Shown here piece by piece: positions 28,489-39,211 of a DNA stretch of 64,000 bases; the stretch's first letter is position 1, and every line of letters begins with the position of its first letter. The translations under genes were made by a program, and so were the position numbers. The notes beneath the pieces are model-generated. The model saw only the letters and a list, made by a program, of their open reading frames with translations, searched no databases and was not told where the DNA came from. Source of the DNA: Candidatus Parvarchaeota archaeon (lineage in GTDB: Archaea > Nanobdellota > Nanobdellia > Parvarchaeales > Parvarchaeaceae); assembly GCA_023378805.1 (NCBI GenBank), contig JAMCSQ010000019.1:11738-75737 (forward strand), read 5' to 3'.

Positions 28489-30270
28489 TTACTTATAATT
28501 CAATGCCGCAATAATATACATAGCAGACGACCATGTAAGCGGAGAGGTAGTCTGTAACGGATTGCCATGGTTTGGGTCTATAGCTTCTGGAAGCAAGAAA
28601 TCCTGAGAATGCTGTATAGACCACTTCATTAAATTAAATGCCCCTGAATAGTTTCCGTCTTTTTCATCGTAGTAGGCCAGAAATAAAGTAGTTATAATCC
28701 AAGGGGGCATAGGTCCAGAACTATCACGCAATGAAAGAGTATAATGATAAGTGTCCCCAGTAAACCTTGCCAATCCTCCTTCTATATCCAATGAATTTAT
28801 CATAGCAGTTATATCATTTTTTGCCTGAGTAGAATTTAATGAAATTAAACCAAAAGCTATAGGCAAAATAGAAGATGAATCGGCAATCATTGTTGGAGTA
28901 AAAACCAGCTGTCCAGTTCCATTTACATAAAGTTCTGAAGGAGTTACATACTCGCCATAGAAGCTACCGTTATAGAAATCATTTTCTATGGTATTATTGA
29001 GTATATTTGAATAATAATTGATTTTACTGCTATTTTCTTTAAGGGAATTTAAAAGCGCTACAGAATCCTTCATCCCGATAAGGTCCATTGCCTGAGTCCA
29101 GAAATTGTATGCCATTACATCCTCCCATATGCTTAGATCCTGCGGCAGAATCTTGCTTTTGTTTATGTTTAACTCTTCCCATTGCAATGACCTATTTATC
29201 ACAGGAAGAAACTGCATTATTAGCGTGAGATTATGTGTTATGTTGTAAAGAGAAGACACACCTATTTGGAAAAGACCAACGCTATCATATTCTGGTATAC
29301 CATAGGAGGTATCTGGAGCAGAAGTCCAGAAATTATACCTAGTATACCACGTGCCATCGCTTTTCTGCACGCTTTTCATCCAAACCCAATATTTTTCAGC
29401 TGAGTTTATATGGCCTGCATCCTGCAGGGACATGGCTGCAAATGAACCGTCTCTTACCCATGCATAAAGGTATATGGGGGAAGGAGAAGCTGAAAACTCT
29501 CCTGTTAGGGGATTTTGATCATCTTTTAGAAGCAGTAATGAAGTATAATATTGCGTAAGAAAACTGCCTCCAAGACTTATATTATTCGAACTATAAAGCC
29601 ATTTTTTTATGTACACGCCATTTGCAATTAGCACCTTGGAAACGTTTGTTTCGTTAAATTGCGAAAAAGAAATGATAATATACATATCCCCTTTGTTATT
29701 AATGGTTATGTTTGTATAATTCGCATTTACAGATGCATTAAATGCAGAATTTGGGGAATATATATAAATCTTAGGATTGTTCCCTACCGTGACTGTGCTA
29801 TTATCTAAGGAATATTCATTCTTCCCTTTTAATTGAAAGAGAAATGAATCTAAACCTGTTGAGTTCTGCTCTATAATTATGGAATTGGAGCCAAAAGGAG
29901 TAGAGATTAAATCCGTTGAATCGTTTCTATTTAACATTATTTCATTGTTTAACTTAAGAGTAACATTCTTTGTATTGCCGTCTAGAAAATAAAGCTTATC
30001 CGTTAAAAGACCATATTTACCGATCATAATATCACTTATAAATGGCTGGCCATACAGGCCAACTTCACTGTTGTTTATCCCAGTATAAACAAAAATAGAA
30101 TTATTTACCCAATTGCTTAAAAGCAGGGAGGACACGGAACTGTTATAAGTGCTTACGTTATAATCTATCAAATTTTTAGATTTCTGTGCTAAAAAAATAG
30201 TTAGTAAAACAACTGTTATAATCAAAAGAACAGCATAAAAATACCATTTTTTAAATCCTTTTTTTACCAT
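28489..30270 (-). CDS. Membrane-anchored extracellular GH15 glucoamylase-like enzyme
   Basis: N-terminal TM, YAWVRDGS, EYDSVG, IWED, LPEA, PLTWS; many NxS/T sequons. Confidence 0.88.
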   Translation of the reverse strand: MVKKGFKKWYFYAVLLIITVVLLTIFLAQKSKNLIDYNVSTYNSSVSSLLLSNWVNNSIFVYTGINNSEVGLYGQPFISDIMIGKYGLLTDKLYFLDGNTKNVTLKLNNEIMLNRNDSTDLISTPFGSNSIIIEQNSTGLDSFLFQLKGKNEYSLDNSTVTVGNNPKIYIYSPNSAFNASVNANYTNITINNKGDMYIIISFSQFNETNVSKVLIANGVYIKKWLYSSNNISLGGSFLTQYYTSLLLLKDDQNPLTGEFSASPSPIYLYAWVRDGSFAAMSLQDAGHINSAEKYWVWMKSVQKSDGTWYTRYNFWTSAPDTSYGIPEYDSVGLFQIGVSSLYNITHNLTLIMQFLPVINRSLQWEELNINKSKILPQDLSIWEDVMAYNFWTQAMDLIGMKDSVALLNSLKENSSKINYYSNILNNTIENDFYNGSFYGEYVTPSELYVNGTGQLVFTPTMIADSSSILPIAFGLISLNSTQAKNDITAMINSLDIEGGLARFTGDTYHYTLSLRDSSGPMPPWIITTLFLAYYDEKDGNYSGAFNLMKWSIQHSQDFLLPEAIDPNHGNPLQTTSPLTWSSAMYIIAALNYK

Positions 30271-31140
30271 TTACTTTGTGCCGCTCATTGTATACATCTG
30301 CGTAAGATATTTCTGGAATATTATATAAAATGCTAAAATAGGCAGGCCCATAAGTAGAGAAAAGGCCGAAAAAACATTGAGATTGACCGCACCTACTGCA
30401 GAAGTCCCGCCTAATGCAGAAACATGATAAAGTCCCAGCATTAATGTATAAAGAGATCCTTTACTAACAAATACATTAATAACCGCGTAATCTGTGTAAG
30501 CACCTATAAAAGCCAAAAGAGCTATAAAAATTACAACTGGCCTTGCTATTCTAAAAAGAATTGTAAAGAAAGCCCTAAATCTGCTTTGTCCATCAATCAT
30601 AGCTGCTTCTTCATATTCTTTTGGTATACTGTCTATAAAAATCTTAGACATATACGCACCGAATATTGCAGTACCACTTGCGTATATCGCAATAAGACCA
30701 AGGTAATTATTTGTAAGGCCTAATGTCGAAAAACTCAAGAAAAGAGGAATAACTATAGATGTAAAGGGGAAAAAAGTTAAAATATAAAGGAAAACAATGA
30801 GAGCTTTCTTACCCGCAATGTTAAGTCTTGCCAAAGCCACTCCTGACACAAAGGCCACCGTTACTGCCACTGCTAATGTTCCAACCGCAAGTATAAGACT
30901 ATTTCTTAGCCACAGAATGAATTGACTGTGGAAAACATACTGATAAGCTGAAAATGTAAAGCTAGATAAACTTGGGACAAGGTCACTTACAGATAAGTCT
31001 GCTATTGAAGAAAGCTTACTAAAGGAGGTTAATACAATGTAATAAAGCGGGAAAATAGCAAATAAAACTACTATACCTATAATTATGTAAGAGATAGTCC
31101 ACCGTAATATATCAAAAACCTTGTATTTGTTTATGTTCAT
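30271..31140 (-). CDS. malG: Sugar ABC permease (MalG-type)
   Basis: IPKEYEEAAMIDG EAA motif. Confidence 0.9.
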   Translation of the reverse strand: MNINKYKVFDILRWTISYIIIGIVVLFAIFPLYYIVLTSFSKLSSIADLSVSDLVPSLSSFTFSAYQYVFHSQFILWLRNSLILAVGTLAVAVTVAFVSGVALARLNIAGKKALIVFLYILTFFPFTSIVIPLFLSFSTLGLTNNYLGLIAIYASGTAIFGAYMSKIFIDSIPKEYEEAAMIDGQSRFRAFFTILFRIARPVVIFIALLAFIGAYTDYAVINVFVSKGSLYTLMLGLYHVSALGGTSAVGAVNLNVFSAFSLLMGLPILAFYIIFQKYLTQMYTMSGTK

Positions 31141-31147
31141 AATTACC

Positions 31148-32056
31148 TCATGTCAGCATATCCAGAACCTTCGTATACTTTAGCATAAATATTGCCATTA
31201 CTGCAAGTATTATAATCGAAACTACGGAAAAAGCAGAACCTAAGGCATAATTATAGAAATCAAATGCCTGATTATATGCATAAACTGTCAAAGAATAAGT
31301 ACTAGTTCCAGGCCCCCCTCCTGTCAATATATATATTGGGTAGAAATTATTCCAAGTAAATATAAAGCCACTTATTGCGGCAAATGCTATTGCTCCTTTT
31401 ATTGCCGGCCAAGTAACTTTACTAAACCTTTGAAATGTATTTGCCCCATCCACTTTTGCAGCTTCATGAAATTCATCGGGTATACTCTGCATTGATGAAA
31501 GAAAAAAAGTAGTGTAATAAGAAAAGGAAAGCCAAAGATTTGTAATTATTAATGCTGCCCATGCAGGCACTGTTTCAAACAACCAATTTATCTGATGAAT
31601 ACCTACTAAAGCTAACAATTGATTTATTATTCCAAAATGCGTATTCCACATATCCGCCCAAATCAACAGAGAAATAAACGCAGGAAATGCCCATGGTAAC
31701 AGTATAAGCGTAAATAAGGGGCCCTTCCCTTTAAATCCCTTCTGATTAAGTATATTTGCAACCAATAAGCCCAAAAGAACCATTGGAACTAAGCTTCCCA
31801 CTGTCCAGATTAATGTTTGTAGTATTATTGGATAGATCAAACCACTTTTAAATAGGAGTGCATAATTAGTAAATCCCACTACAGTTGCATTAAAAAAATG
31901 AGTCAAACTAAAATTTGTAAAAGAGACATAAATGCCATAAGATATTGGATATAAAAAGACAAAAAGTATCAATGCAATTATTGGCAAAAGATATAAATAA
32001 TTTATTGATTGCAAACCAAGTTTTCTCAAAAACTTGTTTTTTATTTCTATTTGCAT
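31148..32056 (-). CDS. malF: Sugar ABC permease (MalF-type)
   Basis: LPWAFP, IPDEFHEAAKVDGA, FNNF-like WNNF, LTGGGPG. Confidence 0.9.
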   Translation of the reverse strand: MQIEIKNKFLRKLGLQSINYLYLLPIIALILFVFLYPISYGIYVSFTNFSLTHFFNATVVGFTNYALLFKSGLIYPIILQTLIWTVGSLVPMVLLGLLVANILNQKGFKGKGPLFTLILLPWAFPAFISLLIWADMWNTHFGIINQLLALVGIHQINWLFETVPAWAALIITNLWLSFSYYTTFFLSSMQSIPDEFHEAAKVDGANTFQRFSKVTWPAIKGAIAFAAISGFIFTWNNFYPIYILTGGGPGTSTYSLTVYAYNQAFDFYNYALGSAFSVVSIIILAVMAIFMLKYTKVLDMLT

Positions 32057-32154
32057 AAAATTAATAAATTTTTATTAAATTTATGCCTTTTGTTGCATAA
32101 TTCTGTTGAAAACAGTGGCGGATACTTAATAAAATAAAATTAATATTTTATTAA
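32053..32154. repeat. Two AT-rich inverted repeats between malE and malF
   Basis: 32053-32086: GCATAAAATTAATAAA/TTTATTAAATTTATGC (16 bp, 1 mismatch, covers the malF ATG); 32126-32154: TTAATAAAATA/TATTTTATTAA (11 bp perfect). Confidence 0.6.
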
Positions 32155-32171
32155 ACTTATTAAAGTAATGC

Positions 32172-33584
32172 TTAACCGCAAACAGATAAAACATTAGTAC
32201 TGTTGCTCGATATAAACGCTTGAAGACAAGTTGCAACATCAGATGCGCTTATTGTTCTGTTTGTATAGTATAATCCCAATTCTGCATGAGCATCCGCTAC
32301 TCCACTGTACCAGTAATTCATCTGCGGAGTACTAGGCGTTGGTGAAGTGTGACCATCCTCCTGTTCAAGTATTCCTTTTTCTATAGGACTAAACTCTGAT
32401 GCTGTCATATTTTCAGCAACTGCAAACGCCGGATCTAAAGTACCTGTATTTGCCTTTGCAATTAAGCTATTTAATGCAACACTGTCAGAAGGTAAATCTC
32501 CCGTACCATTATACATCAACAACTCTGCTTCTGGTGAAGCTAAGAACTGTGCAAATATTACTGAGGCATTGAGCTGAGCAGGTGTAGCGCCGCTTGCTAT
32601 GGGTGCCGTGACAGCTATACCTTCTGAACCTATTAAAGGCGCAAAGTACGAACCTGTTGATGAAACCTCTGGAAGAGGAGCTGTGCCTAACTTACTACCC
32701 AAAGTCTTAACATAAGCCGTTAAGTCCCAAGGACCATCAAATATGACAGCCGCTTTACCAGATTCAAATAGAGATCCTTCTAAGCCTGTAGCTCCAGCCA
32801 CGCCACTACCAGAGCCTAAAGGTGCATTTAAATGATCAACATAAGTCAAATTGTACCAGAACTCTAAAGCATTTACCATTGCAGGATTATTAAGTGTAAC
32901 TGAGCCGGTTGTTTTATTAGCAAATATATATGTGCCAAAGCCCGGCAACCAAGCTGCAAACCTATAACCGTAATCTGAACCTAAACCATAAGCTATACCC
33001 CAAACACCTGTCTTGTTTATAGCTTCTAACTGTGAAATTAAAGCATTAGTGTTGTTAGCAATTCCATTAGGGAAAAACTGCTTGTTATAGTACATCAATA
33101 TTGAATTTTCATTCACTGGCAAACCAAACATTGCATTTCCAGAACTCTCTGCTGCAACTGTACCGCTAGTAAATTGATTAAAGTAAGACGAATTTGAAAT
33201 ATAACTCTTAAGATTAACTATGAACCCGCCTGTATAAAGCAAACCTTCATCATTACTTGAGTCATAATATACATTAGGAGCCTTGTGAGAAGCTGCATCC
33301 GTCTCAAAATTAGGAGTGGATAAACTTACGTTTGTAACTTGAACATGTATGTTAGGATACGCTTTTTCAAACATAGGCAATAATTCATTATAAAATACCG
33401 TAGATTCGCTTGGATCATATGCCTGCCAATAAGTTATAGTTACTGGAGAAGAAGTAGTTTTAGTAGTTGATGTATTTGTTGGAGTGACCTTTACAGAAGA
33501 AGGGTGATAAGTTACAGCTACTACTGCAATTATTATAATAACCACAACAACGGCAATTATTACACCGATAATTGAGCTCTTCAT
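32172..33584 (-). CDS. malE: Extracellular sugar-binding protein (MalE-like)
   Basis: N-terminal TM + Thr/Ser linker, FEKAYPNIHV, MYYNK, FESGKAAVIFDGPW. Confidence 0.88.
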   Translation of the reverse strand: MKSSIIGVIIAVVVVIIIIAVVAVTYHPSSVKVTPTNTSTTKTTSSPVTITYWQAYDPSESTVFYNELLPMFEKAYPNIHVQVTNVSLSTPNFETDAASHKAPNVYYDSSNDEGLLYTGGFIVNLKSYISNSSYFNQFTSGTVAAESSGNAMFGLPVNENSILMYYNKQFFPNGIANNTNALISQLEAINKTGVWGIAYGLGSDYGYRFAAWLPGFGTYIFANKTTGSVTLNNPAMVNALEFWYNLTYVDHLNAPLGSGSGVAGATGLEGSLFESGKAAVIFDGPWDLTAYVKTLGSKLGTAPLPEVSSTGSYFAPLIGSEGIAVTAPIASGATPAQLNASVIFAQFLASPEAELLMYNGTGDLPSDSVALNSLIAKANTGTLDPAFAVAENMTASEFSPIEKGILEQEDGHTSPTPSTPQMNYWYSGVADAHAELGLYYTNRTISASDVATCLQAFISSNSTNVLSVCG

Positions 33585-33665
33585 ACTGATTCAAAAAGGT
33601 TTTAGTATTTAAAGCTTTTTATTAGCACAAAATATTACTTATATTGTAAATATTTATAGTAGTGC

Positions 33666-35444
33666 ATGGAAATAAAACAATATACAAATAAAAATGTCCA
33701 TAAAATAAAAATAAACGCCTACGAACCTATTATAAACTTTAATTTCGCAGAAAAAAGACCAAAGAAATTTAAAACAAATAAAATAAAAATAAACGGGCAG
33801 GAAATAAAAATAAAAGAAACTGCTGTTGGATTAGAAATAAGCAAATCGCTTGATATTAATGAACACATTCTGGGCTTGGGAGAGAAAGCTTTTGAATTGG
33901 ATAGAAGAAGAACCAAATTAACAATGTGGAATACTGATTCATATGCGTACAAGCAGTATACTGATCCTTTATATGTATCTATTCCATTTTTCATAGATAT
34001 AACGAAGAATAGCAGGCTTGGCATATTTGTGAATTATGCTGGAAAATTGATTTTTGATATTGGAATAGAAAAGTATGATGAGCTGAGAATAAAGATACCT
34101 AATAGTTCCGTTGAGTTCTTTGCCATAGAAGGTAAGAACATAAAAGAGATCATAAGGAATTTTGTTAAGCTCACTGGCATGCCATTTAAAATACCTGATT
34201 GGGCATTAGGTCATTCAATCTCTAGGTATAGTTATTTCCCACAGGAAAAAGTAATAGAAGTTTTAAAAGAATACAAAAAATACACGAAGGTTGACACACT
34301 CTATTTAGATATAGATTATATGAATAAAAACAGGATATTTGAATGGAACAGAGAATATTTTCCAAATCCAAAAAAGATGATTAATGAAATACATAAATTA
34401 GGAACAAAGATAGTTACAATAATTGATCCTGCTGTAATCGCTGATCAAAATGACAATTTATTTATAAGTGGTATAGGAAAGTACTGTGAAACTCAAAACG
34501 GTGAAATTTACACTGCAGACGTGTGGGCAGGTAAATCTGTATTTCCAGATTTTTTAAATAAAGAAACAAGAAAATGGTGGACTGATAATATAAAGAGGTG
34601 GATAAACACCTATAAAATTGATGGAATATGGCTAGATATGAATGAGCCTGCAGCATTTACCCAGACAAAGACTCTTGATAACAATGTATTGCATGCTGGC
34701 GGCAAAAAAACTATAAAGCACAGTGAATTGCATAATGCATACTCCTATTTTGAAGCACTTGCAACCTATGAAGCTATTAAAGATAAATTTATTCTTTCAA
34801 GGGCAGGATATGCAGGAATACAGAAATATGCCGCTATATGGTCTGGTGACTCGGTTTCCTCTTGGGATGACATGAAAATACAGATACCTTTACTGTTAAG
34901 TTTGAGTATTTCCGGAATACCTTATGTTGGCTGTGATATTGGCGGATTCGTAGGCAGAAGTGACCATGAACTATTAGCAAGATACTACCAGATGGCAGCT
35001 TTCTTCCCAATCTTCAGAAATCACAAAAATAAAGATGGTAACGATCAGGAGATATATAACATAGAGGAAAAACAAAGAGAAAAAATAAAGAAAGCGATAG
35101 ATACACGTTACTTGTTTATGGGTTACATAAAGGAACTTGCAGACAATGCCCATAAAAACGGTGAACCAATTATAAGACCCTTGCTTTATGAATTTGAATC
35201 GGATGAAAATGCTTACAACGTAAATGATGAATATATGGTAGGAGAACACATTCTGTACGCACCAATATTGGAGAAAGATAAAGATAGCAGAGAAGTTTAC
35301 CTGCCAAATGACAAATGGCTTGAATTTAACAGTAATATCGAATTCCAGGGCCCTTGCTATGTTAAGTCTACAGGAGACATGCCAATTTTTATAAGGAAAG
35401 GTACAACCCTAAAATTAACAGATAAGAGAATTATAAAATATTAG
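33666..35444 (+). CDS. malA: GH31 alpha-glucosidase
   Basis: GLGEK, LDIDYM, GIWLDMNEP, WSGD, GCDIGGF. Confidence 0.93.
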   Translation: MEIKQYTNKNVHKIKINAYEPIINFNFAEKRPKKFKTNKIKINGQEIKIKETAVGLEISKSLDINEHILGLGEKAFELDRRRTKLTMWNTDSYAYKQYTDPLYVSIPFFIDITKNSRLGIFVNYAGKLIFDIGIEKYDELRIKIPNSSVEFFAIEGKNIKEIIRNFVKLTGMPFKIPDWALGHSISRYSYFPQEKVIEVLKEYKKYTKVDTLYLDIDYMNKNRIFEWNREYFPNPKKMINEIHKLGTKIVTIIDPAVIADQNDNLFISGIGKYCETQNGEIYTADVWAGKSVFPDFLNKETRKWWTDNIKRWINTYKIDGIWLDMNEPAAFTQTKTLDNNVLHAGGKKTIKHSELHNAYSYFEALATYEAIKDKFILSRAGYAGIQKYAAIWSGDSVSSWDDMKIQIPLLLSLSISGIPYVGCDIGGFVGRSDHELLARYYQMAAFFPIFRNHKNKDGNDQEIYNIEEKQREKIKKAIDTRYLFMGYIKELADNAHKNGEPIIRPLLYEFESDENAYNVNDEYMVGEHILYAPILEKDKDSREVYLPNDKWLEFNSNIEFQGPCYVKSTGDMPIFIRKGTTLKLTDKRIIKY

Positions 35445-37207
35445 TTATTACTCAAAATATCAATAATTGAATTTATAAATGTGGCATGTACAAACCCTTG
35501 AGGAAAATTACCTGTGAATACCTTATCATGCACGTCTATGTCCTCGCCAATTAGATTATTTGGTCCAACCATGCTTTTCACGTTTTTAAGCAGCTGTAAA
35601 GCCTCATTTTTTCTTTTCAGCTGTGAGTAAACCGAAGCAAGCCACATAGAACAAAGAACAAAAGCATGATTGGATTTACCAATCGAATCAAAATTATACC
35701 TATAAACGAAACCTTTAACAAAAAGTGTTTTTTCAACAATCTTAAGAGTTTTAATAAATACAGAGTCATTGACATCAATAAAGCCATAAATTGGAAATGA
35801 CAGTACTGTAGAATCTACTTCATTACTTTTTGGAAAAGTAACAAAGTAGCCGTCTTTTATGCAATTAGATATAACCCAGTTCTTTATTTCGTTTCTTGTT
35901 TCCTTCCATCTATCTAGTCCTCCTATCGCTGAAATTAGTTTTCCGGCAGTTTCTAAGGCTACCCATATCATGACTTTTGAATGTGCATACTCATGATCTT
36001 CAGGCTTTTCCCATATCCCAGAATCGGCAAGCTGCCAATTATCAGATAACCAATCTGCTATGTATTCTATCGCTTTTGAATGGTTCTGTATAAATTCTTT
36101 ATCGTGAGTAGAATCAAAATAACCCGCTACGGCATATAAAAACTCTCCTTCTATATCCAATTGTATCTGATTGGTAGCTCGATTGCCTATTCTTACAGGC
36201 TTCGAATTCATAAAGCCATTCAAGGAGTCAATATACCTCTCACCGTATATTTTTGTACCATCTACCTTGTAAAGATTATAAAGTGGTTTGCCAGAATAAT
36301 CTATCATACTAAATAAAAATTCAAGCGCCCTCCTCCCCTCCATATAAAAACCCAATCTGCAGAGAGCAGAAGCCATTATTGCTGAATCCCTTACCCAAAC
36401 ATATCTGTAATCCCAGTTTCTATTACCACCGGGATCTTCAGGCAAAGAAGCGGTAGGTGCGGCTATTATACTGCCGGTTGGTGAATAGGTGAGCCCGAGT
36501 ATAGTAAAAAGGGATGACCTTAAAAGAGGTTCAAATTCCTCCAGATCTGTACCAGAAAGACTTAGTTTTATTCTTTCTGCGTATGCTCCCCAGTAATCTA
36601 TAGTTGAATCTAGCGCTTTTGACAGATTAGATGAAGAGACATTTTTACCCTCTAATTCGTATATCTCTGCCGACTGATAATAAGAAAGTATGACCTGTGT
36701 TAATCCTTTTTCTATCTCCCATGTAAACTCTCCAGTTTTTTTGGATTTTCCTATTATCTCTAAAACCAGTCTTCCTTTCCCATTTTTACTATCAAACATC
36801 ATTTTCCCATCGTTCTCCGAGTAATTGAAATTCATTGAATGAAAACTAAATAAAGGATTGAAGTTAAGCTGGAGGTTTATCTCTGAGTTTATGTCCCTAA
36901 CAAATATTGTTTTACCCGGTATCAAAAAATCATTTATGTCTGCACTTCCTTCTGATGTTTTAAAATTAGTGTGCAAAACGTTTGGTGCAGTGTACTTATG
37001 CAAAGATGAAAACTGTAATATTGGACTTATTCTGAAAACCCCTCCATTGCTTTCATCTAACAAATAAGCTAAGGACGGATCAGAATCGAACCTTGGAAAG
37101 CAAAGCCAAAGTACATTGCCATTTTTGTCTATTAAAGAACTCGTTAATTGATTGCTTATAAATCCAACATCCTTGAAGTCTGCAAAAGTTAATGCCATTA
37201 TTGTCAA
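35441..37207 (-). CDS. Cytoplasmic GH15 trehalase / glucoamylase
   Basis: WLCFPRFDS, AAPTASLPE, RNWDYRYVWVRD, QLDIEG, GIWE, GNFPQ. Confidence 0.9.
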   Translation of the reverse strand: MTIMALTFADFKDVGFISNQLTSSLIDKNGNVLWLCFPRFDSDPSLAYLLDESNGGVFRISPILQFSSLHKYTAPNVLHTNFKTSEGSADINDFLIPGKTIFVRDINSEINLQLNFNPLFSFHSMNFNYSENDGKMMFDSKNGKGRLVLEIIGKSKKTGEFTWEIEKGLTQVILSYYQSAEIYELEGKNVSSSNLSKALDSTIDYWGAYAERIKLSLSGTDLEEFEPLLRSSLFTILGLTYSPTGSIIAAPTASLPEDPGGNRNWDYRYVWVRDSAIMASALCRLGFYMEGRRALEFLFSMIDYSGKPLYNLYKVDGTKIYGERYIDSLNGFMNSKPVRIGNRATNQIQLDIEGEFLYAVAGYFDSTHDKEFIQNHSKAIEYIADWLSDNWQLADSGIWEKPEDHEYAHSKVMIWVALETAGKLISAIGGLDRWKETRNEIKNWVISNCIKDGYFVTFPKSNEVDSTVLSFPIYGFIDVNDSVFIKTLKIVEKTLFVKGFVYRYNFDSIGKSNHAFVLCSMWLASVYSQLKRKNEALQLLKNVKSMVGPNNLIGEDIDVHDKVFTGNFPQGFVHATFINSIIDILSNN

Positions 37208-37272
37208 TACAAGTTCCTAAGATATTAAACTTTTGCAAGTATAAATTTATATTTTAGGTATCATTATATTAT

Positions 37273-38292
37273 ATGAAAACAAAAGCTGCTTTCCTTAAAA
37301 ACCCAGAAAAGATTGAAGAAAACCCTCTAAAAATAATTAGATTGGAATTGCCAGAGCTAAAAGAAAATGAAGTGCTAATAAAAGTAAACGCATGTGGTGT
37401 ATGTAGAACAGATTTACATGTAGTAGAAGGAGAGCTTGGAAAAGTAAATGATATAGTCCCAGGACATGAAGTAGTAGGTACTATTGAAAAGACCGGGAGC
37501 GAAGTTAAGAACCAAAAAATCGGTAATAAAGTAGGAGTTGCCTGGCTGTACAGCTCATGCGGAAGCTGCCAATACTGTCTCAGTGGCAGGGAAAATCTAT
37601 GTCAAAACAAACAGTTTACTGGCTTTTCTAAAAACGGGGGTTACTCCGAATACATTATAGCTGATAATAGGTTTATATTTAATCTGCCTGTCGGATTAAA
37701 GGATGAAGAAATTGCTCCATTGCTTTGTTCCGGAGCGATAGGTTACCGTTCTTTCAAATTAGCAAATGCTTCCCCTGGAAGCAACATCGCACTGTTCGGA
37801 TTCGGTGGTTCAGCGCACTTAACATTACAACTTGCAAAGAGATTTGGACACAAAGTTATAATAATAAGCAGAGATAAAAACCACCTCAAGCTTGCCAGTG
37901 AGCTTGGGGCTGATTTCACTTTTTCGCCTAAAAACGGAGATGTATACGAAAATTTAAAGGATAAAGACATAGAAGCCGCAATAATTTTTGCCCCTTCAGC
38001 TATACCCATAATGAATGCCTTAAAAATAATAAAACCGGGTGGGAGGGTAGTTGTTGCCGGAATACACGTAGACGGAGAAATAAAGATTGATTATGACCTG
38101 CAGTTGTTCCATGAAAAGACACTGCTTTCCGTTGAATCCTACACAAGAGAAGACATGTTAGAGTATTTGAGACTTGCCACAAATTTAGGTATAAAACCAG
38201 TATATACTGATATAAAGTTGGAAGAGATAAACGCAGCATTGACTGACCTTAAAAACAGCGAAGTGCTGGGCGTAAAAGTAATAAAATTTTAG
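37273..38292 (+). CDS. Zinc-dependent alcohol dehydrogenase
   Basis: CGVCRTDLH, GHE, CGSCQYC..GRENLC, GFGGSAH. Confidence 0.93.
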   Translation: MKTKAAFLKNPEKIEENPLKIIRLELPELKENEVLIKVNACGVCRTDLHVVEGELGKVNDIVPGHEVVGTIEKTGSEVKNQKIGNKVGVAWLYSSCGSCQYCLSGRENLCQNKQFTGFSKNGGYSEYIIADNRFIFNLPVGLKDEEIAPLLCSGAIGYRSFKLANASPGSNIALFGFGGSAHLTLQLAKRFGHKVIIISRDKNHLKLASELGADFTFSPKNGDVYENLKDKDIEAAIIFAPSAIPIMNALKIIKPGGRVVVAGIHVDGEIKIDYDLQLFHEKTLLSVESYTREDMLEYLRLATNLGIKPVYTDIKLEEINAALTDLKNSEVLGVKVIKF

Positions 38293-38323
38293 ATATTTAA
38301 ACTGAAAAGCTTTTAATAAGAAT

Positions 38324-38638
38324 ATGGAATCAAATGGAAAAACCTATAGATTAGATGAGATACTTGGAAAACCTATTGTAATATCCTCTGATAAAAAAAC
38401 CAGAATTTATGGATTGAACGTTAAAGGCAGAGAAGTTGCGATTTCGGCATATTCAGAAAGCGAATCAAGTAAGGGATATTTCCATAGAGTAGAGATAGAA
38501 TATCTACCGGCTTCAATGTATTTAATAAATGGAAGTTGTACATGCGAATCATTTCAATACTATGGCATGCCATGTAAACACATGCTTAAAGTAAGAAATG
38601 TATACATTAAAAACAGGGATAAAATTAATAAATACTAG
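38324..38638 (+). CDS. SWIM zinc-finger protein
   Basis: CTCESF...PCKH (CxC-xn-CxH). Confidence 0.8.
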   Translation: MESNGKTYRLDEILGKPIVISSDKKTRIYGLNVKGREVAISAYSESESSKGYFHRVEIEYLPASMYLINGSCTCESFQYYGMPCKHMLKVRNVYIKNRDKINKY

Positions 38639-39116
38639 AGAAAACTTCCTTAGGTATAAGTTCCTTTATATCTTTATTTTTTATGTCTTCCCTCATCAAA
38701 TTCTTTACAGCGCTCTCATTCAATTTATCGAGGGAAAACAGTTTGTCTATAAACTCTATGCCTTTAGAATGCTTGTAACTTAAATCTATGAAATTGACAT
38801 AAAATGAAAGATACTCCTTGCTAAACACGTCTAAGGTACCCATGATTTTTTCTTTATTCGAAGAAAAAAGCTTGTCTGACAGGTAGAATATAGTATCTGT
38901 ATAGTAATACTGACTAAGGGTATTTACTGCCTTTTCATAAAATAATTTTTTATACGGTTCTTTTAGGGTTCTCCCATAAAGAGTTATATTCTCAGCTAAC
39001 TTCTCACTGTTAACTCCAACATCCGAAAGCTCTCTTTCTAATGCAGAAATCCTTGAGCTAGATATCCCAGATTTAGAAAGTTCGGTCCTGAACAGATATT
39101 TCCTTTTATCTCTCAT
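38625..39116 (-). CDS. Hypothetical protein
   Basis: 163 aa ORF with ATG and upstream TATA-like element. Confidence 0.6.
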   Translation of the reverse strand: MRDKRKYLFRTELSKSGISSSRISALERELSDVGVNSEKLAENITLYGRTLKEPYKKLFYEKAVNTLSQYYYTDTIFYLSDKLFSSNKEKIMGTLDVFSKEYLSFYVNFIDLSYKHSKGIEFIDKLFSLDKLNESAVKNLMREDIKNKDIKELIPKEVFSSIY

Positions 39117-39211
39117 TTTTTTATATGAATAGAAGTAATATAAATACTTTTAATATAAAAAATACGCTGATGCAAAAAATTGCAATTAAAAAATAATAAT
39201 TTAATTATTAT

